From Octopus bimaculoides (taxonomy: Eukaryota), in assembly GCF_001194135.2 (NCBI RefSeq), contig NC_068986.1, positions 61,004,385 to 61,044,016 on the forward strand: 39,632 nt of DNA. Reading direction: 5' to 3'. The position numbers and the translations under genes are program-made. Under the pieces are notes generated by a model that had not been told where the DNA came from, searched no databases, and saw nothing but the letters and a program-made list of their open reading frames with translations. Positions 34,262-39,632 of the stretch are shown one piece after another. Within the stretch, counting starts at the first letter, position 1, and each line of letters begins with the position of its first letter.

Positions 34262-34400
34262 TTGCAGCATGGAAGGTGTTTATAAGCCATTTAAAAAACA
34301 TACAAAAACTGTTAGATTCACTTCAGCATTTAAATTCAATTTGTGTCAAAATATTTTCATCACTTTGAAACTGCGACTTGTTTGCTGACAAATTTTGTAC
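34262..34400 (-). repeat. third copy of the 32533/32881 arm family
   Basis: GCAGCATGGAAGGTGTTTATAAGCC ... TGTGTCAAAATATTTTCATCACTTTGAAACTGCGAC. Lies next to (AT)n and an N-gap. Confidence 0.85.
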
Positions 34401-34579
34401 NNNNNNNNNNNNNNNNNNNNNNNNNNNNNNNNNNNNNNNNNNNNNNNNNNNNNNNNNNNNNNNNNNNNNNNNNNNNNNNNNNNNNNNNNNNNNNNNNNNN
34501 NNNNNNNNNNNNNNNNNNNNNNNNNNNNNNNNNNNNNNNNNNNNNNNNNNNNNNNNNNNNNNNNNNNNNNNNNNNNNNN

Positions 34580-34652
<73 letters not shown>

Positions 34653-36279
34653 AAAAGGGAGAGAGAGGGAGATTAAGGAGATAATTATAATCCTGGCTAT
34701 CATCCCATTAGCAAATCATGTCAGATCTTGGCTAGTCTAGTATTCTAAAATTGAAAGGAGATCCATAAAACTTCGACTGATATAAATGAAGAATTACACA
34801 ACTCTAAGGTCAGATCTAGTAAGCTTAAAATAAGCTTTGCAGAGTGAATAATAAAAGTAATAATTTAAATGAGGAAAGAAGTCAAACTCACATTACAATT
34901 GTTTTCATTGACGGACAGTATTTTGTTCCATATCTCATACAATGTTATGCAATTTATAGTGTTATGTAATGCATGCTATAATATATGGAAATATGTAATA
35001 ATTTTATAGTCCATTCACCTCCTCAGACTGTCATGATTTGAAGGCACCATTAATCAAATGAATGGTTTGGGATGAGTTCATTTGTGTATGTCACAATATG
35101 TAAATAAATGAAACACTTAGAGCTTTCATTTAATATCTCCTGTTGGTTTTAAGACAATAAATCTAAACAAAAAGTTTTAGAAGTAAGTCAAAAATTAAAA
35201 TAAAACCAGTACCAGTTGGAATTTATCCTATAGATCAAAGCATTATCTGTAGAATGATCATCAGCCATTTAATGACTTTTGTGACAGCAATAGCAGTAAG
35301 ATTCACAAAGAAAATCTGTTTTTAATTTGCCCACCCCTTTCCCCTACAATTCTGTTGAAACCATGTAAAGGCAAATGTAAAGGATATCCTATAAATCTAT
35401 GATACCATAAAAAGAAAAGAAAAAGATAATTAAGAGATTATAAATTGAAAGTCCTCCCCTTGAGGGAGGGAAGTTCTTCTTTAGAGCACTCAAGAATAAG
35501 TTAGGTAAGTGGGATTTGACATTTACTGCAAACAATAGGTTAAACTACATTACATTCTTGTTGCATGATTTTCCTTTAAATCTATTATACTTTCTATATT
35601 CTTTAGCTATACTCCTAGTCTTGGACACTTTATCAATATCAGGCAAGAGATGCTTACTTCTATCTACTGTATGATTAACATCTACTCTGTCATCACATAT
35701 GCTACCAGTTTTTAACAATAGTAGATTGCTTGTTTTTGCTTTGGTGGTTTAACCTGGTATGGTAAGAGCTATTCAGTGGGCAGTTATCGATTTTGTTTAT
35801 GTTAGGCTGTGTAGAGGAATTACTGCCTCTACTTTTAGAGGTTATAAATCTGACAATACTGCTACTTCTAGTAATCTATTCTTTGGTCTATATTTAATAG
35901 TTTCTTTGTATTCAGCTTTTCTAAGAGCACTGTTATAGTATATGACATTCTTGTTGGAAATTTTTTCATTTGCTGATAATTTAGAGATCCTAGATAATAC
36001 ATTATTAACTATAAAATTGATTACTGCTTTGGAATAATTAGAATTTTTGTGTACATAATGCAGATTTTCATTTGGCTTGTGATACAGTCTAAATAGACCT
36101 GTATTAAGCTCAAGTGTAAAATAAAAAAAAAATTACTACTTTCTATTCCTTTTTTGATAGAAATAGATAAATGTATATTTTAAAAAAGTATCTAAGTGTC
36201 TAACTTATTCTTTCAGGTTCTATTTTAATGTGTTTCTTGAAAATTGACTCACACACAACAGACACACCAAACATGCAAT

Positions 36280-36563
36280 TCCATCATCAGCTGCCATTAG
36301 GATATCATTTTGGTTTTGACACCTGTGTAATACCATTTAACCTGGCAGCATCAACAGCATAAAAAAATATAAATGCTGCCAGGATTGGCCACAATGCTTC
36401 TATGAGGTCCAACTCTTGAAAGTTGCTTTTTACGTGCCACCAGCATGGGTGCCAGTTATGTGACACCAGCATTGGCTATGAGTATGATTTTACATGACTT
36501 GACAGGTCTTCTCAAGCACAGCATATCACCAAAGGTCTTGGTCACAAGTCATTGCTTCTGTGA
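36280..36563 (-). mobile_element. 3' fragment of an RTE related to 19331-20717
   Basis: Minus strand GCAATGACTTGTGACCAAGACCTTTGG...GCTGTGCTTGAGAAGACC matches about 20072-20125, followed by GGTGGCACGTAAAAAGCA. Confidence 0.65.
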
Positions 36564-36582
36564 GTACACAAGCACACATACA

Positions 36583-36966
36583 GAGGCATGGCTGTGTGGT
36601 GCAAAGTTTGCTTTCCAACCACATGGTCCAAATTTCAGTCCTGCAGTATGACATCTATGATGTGTCTTCTGCAATAGCCTAGGGCTGAGCATTGTGAGAG
36701 GATTTGGTAGACAGAAACTGAAAGAAGCCCATGTATGTTACAGTTTCCAAGTTTAACTTCATGTGATATTTGTAAATGAATGTCACCGTCAAGCAAGCGA
36801 AGTCCATCATTTCCAATCTTCCATGAAAACATACCTGATCATGGAGAATATTACTTTGTTTGGAAACAGGAAAGGGTTAGTGATAGGAAGAGCATCTGGG
36901 TGTAGAAAATCTGTCTGACCTAAGCAAGCATAAAAAAACCTGATGTTAAACAATAATGGTGATGAT
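36583..36966 (+). mobile_element. tRNA-derived SINE, tail type 2
   Basis: GGCATGGCTGTGTGGT head, GATTTGGTAGACAGAAACTGAAAGAAGCCC, tail ending GATGTTAAACAATAATGGTGATGAT. Confidence 0.78.
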
Positions 36967-36969
36967 ATA

Positions 36970-37770
36970 TAAGGGTGGGCTGAAAAATTCATAGGCTGAC
37001 TATAAAGGAATGATGCTAGGCTGTGAAATCACGCATGCACTAATTTCAACTCTCCTTCTTATTAACTGCATTGTTTCTTTCCAGCTAAAATGACATCTGA
37101 CTGTTCAAAAAAGACTTCAAAAGTAACTAGTAGTGACTTCTCTTGAAAATGGACAAAACCCGGCATCATGGTGTTATCAAGTACCTGCAGAAAAGGAGTT
37201 AGCCCTCAAAGACATTCATGCTGACATGCTTGCTACATTAGGGAATGATGCACTAGCGTTATCAACAGTGCAAAAATGGGAAGCTGAATTTAGGAGGTGA
37301 AGGGAGAGTCTGGAAGATGACACAAGGTCTGGACGTCCTGAAACTGCCATCACTAAAGAAAACAATGATCATGTTTTATCACTTGGTGATGGATGATAGG
37401 TGATTGACTATAAATCAAATAGCTGATACTATTAGTGTGTATCATGAAAGAGTTGAGAATATTCTGCAAAATGAACTTGGCATGATGAACGTTTCTGCTT
37501 GATGGGTGCCATGTCTTCTGACACCTAATCAAAAGTGCATCAGGCTGATCACATCTGATATTGTCTGAGGCAGATCCTGCTGGTTTCCTTGAGTGTTTCC
37601 TAACCCAGTATGGGTGTTGGGTTCATCACTTTCAGCTAGAGACAAAGAGACAATCCATACAATGGAAACACTCCTCCTCACCTGCTCCAAAGAATGTCAA
37701 AATCGTTTCATCAAAGAAGGCCAAGGTCATTGCAAGAAAAGTGATAGCCTCAGTTTTGGGGTATTTGGGA
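36970..37770 (+). mobile_element. 3'-truncated second mariner family (left TIR plus transposase N-terminal half)
   Basis: TA then TAAGGGTGGGCTGAAAAATTC. ATG 37149 MDKTRHHGVIKYLQK, STVQKWEAEF, LEDDTRSGRP, WVPCLLT, CWVHHFQLETKRQSIQWKH. No right TIR seen. Confidence 0.85.
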
Positions 37771-38210
37771 TATTTGGGAATTTTTCTCAGAATATTTTGC
37801 ACAATAATTTTTAAAGAAATCTGGACATCTTTCTTATTGCTAACCATTCAACTTCAAATTATAATTGTTAATTGCTGGAAGTCAAGTAGACTGAGATGTA
37901 CATATAGTGTCATTGTATAGAGTGGAAGTTCAATACAAAGTTTTGAACTCATTATCTGGTGGTTAATAATCCATTACCTTAAATTTGAAGCCATTAAGTC
38001 TTTAAACATTATGTTACTGGGTTTAGTCTTTCAACTGTCACCATGATGGGGCATCACCTTCAAAAATTTAATTGATCATACTGACCTCAGTACATATTTC
38101 TATCTGGCAATTATTTTATAGAACTCTGCTTGATGAACAGCCAGCTTTGAGACATAGTGAGACACAATACTCACTTAACAACAAATGTAAACACACACAC
38201 ACACACATAT

Positions 38211-38362
38211 TAGGTGCAAGAATGACTGTGTAGTTGAGAAGTTTGCTTCTCAACCGCATGGTTTCACATTCAGTCCCTCTGCATGGTACCTTGGGCAAGT
38301 GTTTTTTACTATAGTCCTGGGCCAACCACAGAATTGTGACTGAATTTGGTAGACAGAAACTG
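38211..38362 (+). mobile_element. SINE head/body fragment
   Basis: ATTCAGTCCC, GTACCTTGGGCAAGTG, TTTGGTAGACAGAAACTG. Confidence 0.8.
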
Positions 38363-38555
38363 CAGTGTTGTTCATCAGAAAATGACTGAAAAACATGTTT
38401 ATAAAGAAGAGTTGTTTGCTTCATACTCCTCATGTGCCAATTCTGTTCATAAGAAAGGAACAAATAATACAATGTGGCTGTAGGCCGTTACACCTGGGCA
38501 ACACCAGGGTGCATTGTTAGTTTATATACACNNNNNNNNNNATATATATATATAT

Positions 38556-39104
38556 ACTAGCTGAGTAGAGTCAATAAACACAATACCAGGCAATTTTCAA
38601 AGTACAGGGTGTCCACAAGGTCTGGGTACATGGAGTAAATAAAATCATAAGATAAACAATTAAATATAAGAAAGAATAATTTCTTAAAGTATATGTTAAT
38701 CCCCATGTACCCAGACTTTGTGGACACCCTGTAGAATGCCTTTATTTCAATGTTTTTTGTCAGACCGTGTACAGAGAGTGAGAGAGAGAGAGTGTGGGAA
38801 ATATGTATATAGAGGGGAAAGTCTACAAGAGAAAAGCATAAATGAGAGCGATAGACATCTATATAGATGCTGTTACAGATTTTGAAATTTTAAAACTAAG
38901 TGAAAATTTTCAAATTTAGTATATTGTTGTACCTCTTCACACTGAATCTGATTTTGTGACTCATTTATTCCAGAGAAATTTTAGAAAAATTTTACAAAGG
39001 TTTAAAGTTTGATCGTTTTTACACATCAGAAAACAGGATTTGGAAGCTAGCATTTTCTGTGTGATAGCTGTCTATCACAAAATGAAAGTAAATATTATAA
39101 AGAT
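38556..39104 (-). mobile_element. possible non-autonomous Helitron-like element
   Basis: The minus strand starts ATCTTTATAAT and ends CAGCTAGT next to (TA)n. No clear subterminal hairpin. Confidence 0.3.
38605..38731. mobile_element. 127-bp Tc1/mariner-type MITE
   Basis: 29-bp TIRs CAGGGTGTCCACAAGGTCTGGGTACATGG / CCATGTACCCAGACTTTGTGGACACCCTG (1 mismatch), TA on both sides. Confidence 0.93.
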
Positions 39105-39573
39105 GAAGTTTTAAGCAAAATGAAAGCAATTATATGTCATATCAAGAGGGAGGGAGAGAGAGTGGGAAGCAGCATGTGTGACAGAAATATATATGGAGTG
39201 ATAAAGTGTGTGATAAATATATCACACCCTTAAAAAAGAGAAAGAGAGAGAGAGAGCTTGATGATATAAAAGAAAGAGAGAGCTTTATGGAGACAGATAG
39301 AGAGTGGGAGATCTGTTGATCTAAAAGTTGAGTTATTTCTCAAAACAAATTAAATTTTTTGATTAATTGCAACTGATGTCATTGGTTCAAAGATTTTGAA
39401 AATCGAATCCATTTTTCTTGAGGACACACCATTTCAGAGCCTTTCTGTGATATATTCACATACATATGCACATACTTTGATTTATATAGTAGATGTGTAA
39501 GTGTGTGTTTGTATGTTTGTATGAATGTGTGTGTGCATGCGGGCATGCATATATATGTATATCTATATATATA

Positions 39574-39575
<2 letters not shown>

Positions 39576-39632
<57 letters not shown>
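39576..39632. repeat. (CT)n microsatellite
   Basis: Direct reading. Confidence 0.98.

Noticed and set aside
35475-35512. Candidate 20-nt micro-exon with AG/GTAAGT donor
   Set aside because: Weak polypyrimidine tract and no supporting gene context.

Overview
AT-rich, repeat-saturated, non-genic eukaryotic DNA with 10 assembly N-gaps. The SINE families and overall composition look like an octopus genome; this is recognition, not a database result. No host protein-coding gene can be supported. Contents: tRNA-derived SINEs, RTE-clade LINE remnants, two mariner remnants, a long-TIR fold-back DNA element with an 8-bp TSD, a 127-bp Tc1/mariner MITE and Helitron-like pieces. Two structures stand out. 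(1) Four different R4/Dong-type retroelements are stacked head-to-tail, each bounded by (TAA)n (12.0-16.3 kb). (2) A near-complete Penelope-like element (PLE) with an inverted arm and 0.73-kb direct repeats (20.7-27.4 kb) is followed by a dense run of short, mostly non-coding fold-back units separated by (TA)n (29.2-33.1 kb). I found by eye 8 hammerhead-ribozyme (HHR) motifs, intact or decayed, plus 3 HHR-shaped motifs with a non-canonical core. In every fold-back the two ribozyme copies point outward on opposite strands. Folds were derived by hand and need covariance-model and in vitro confirmation.
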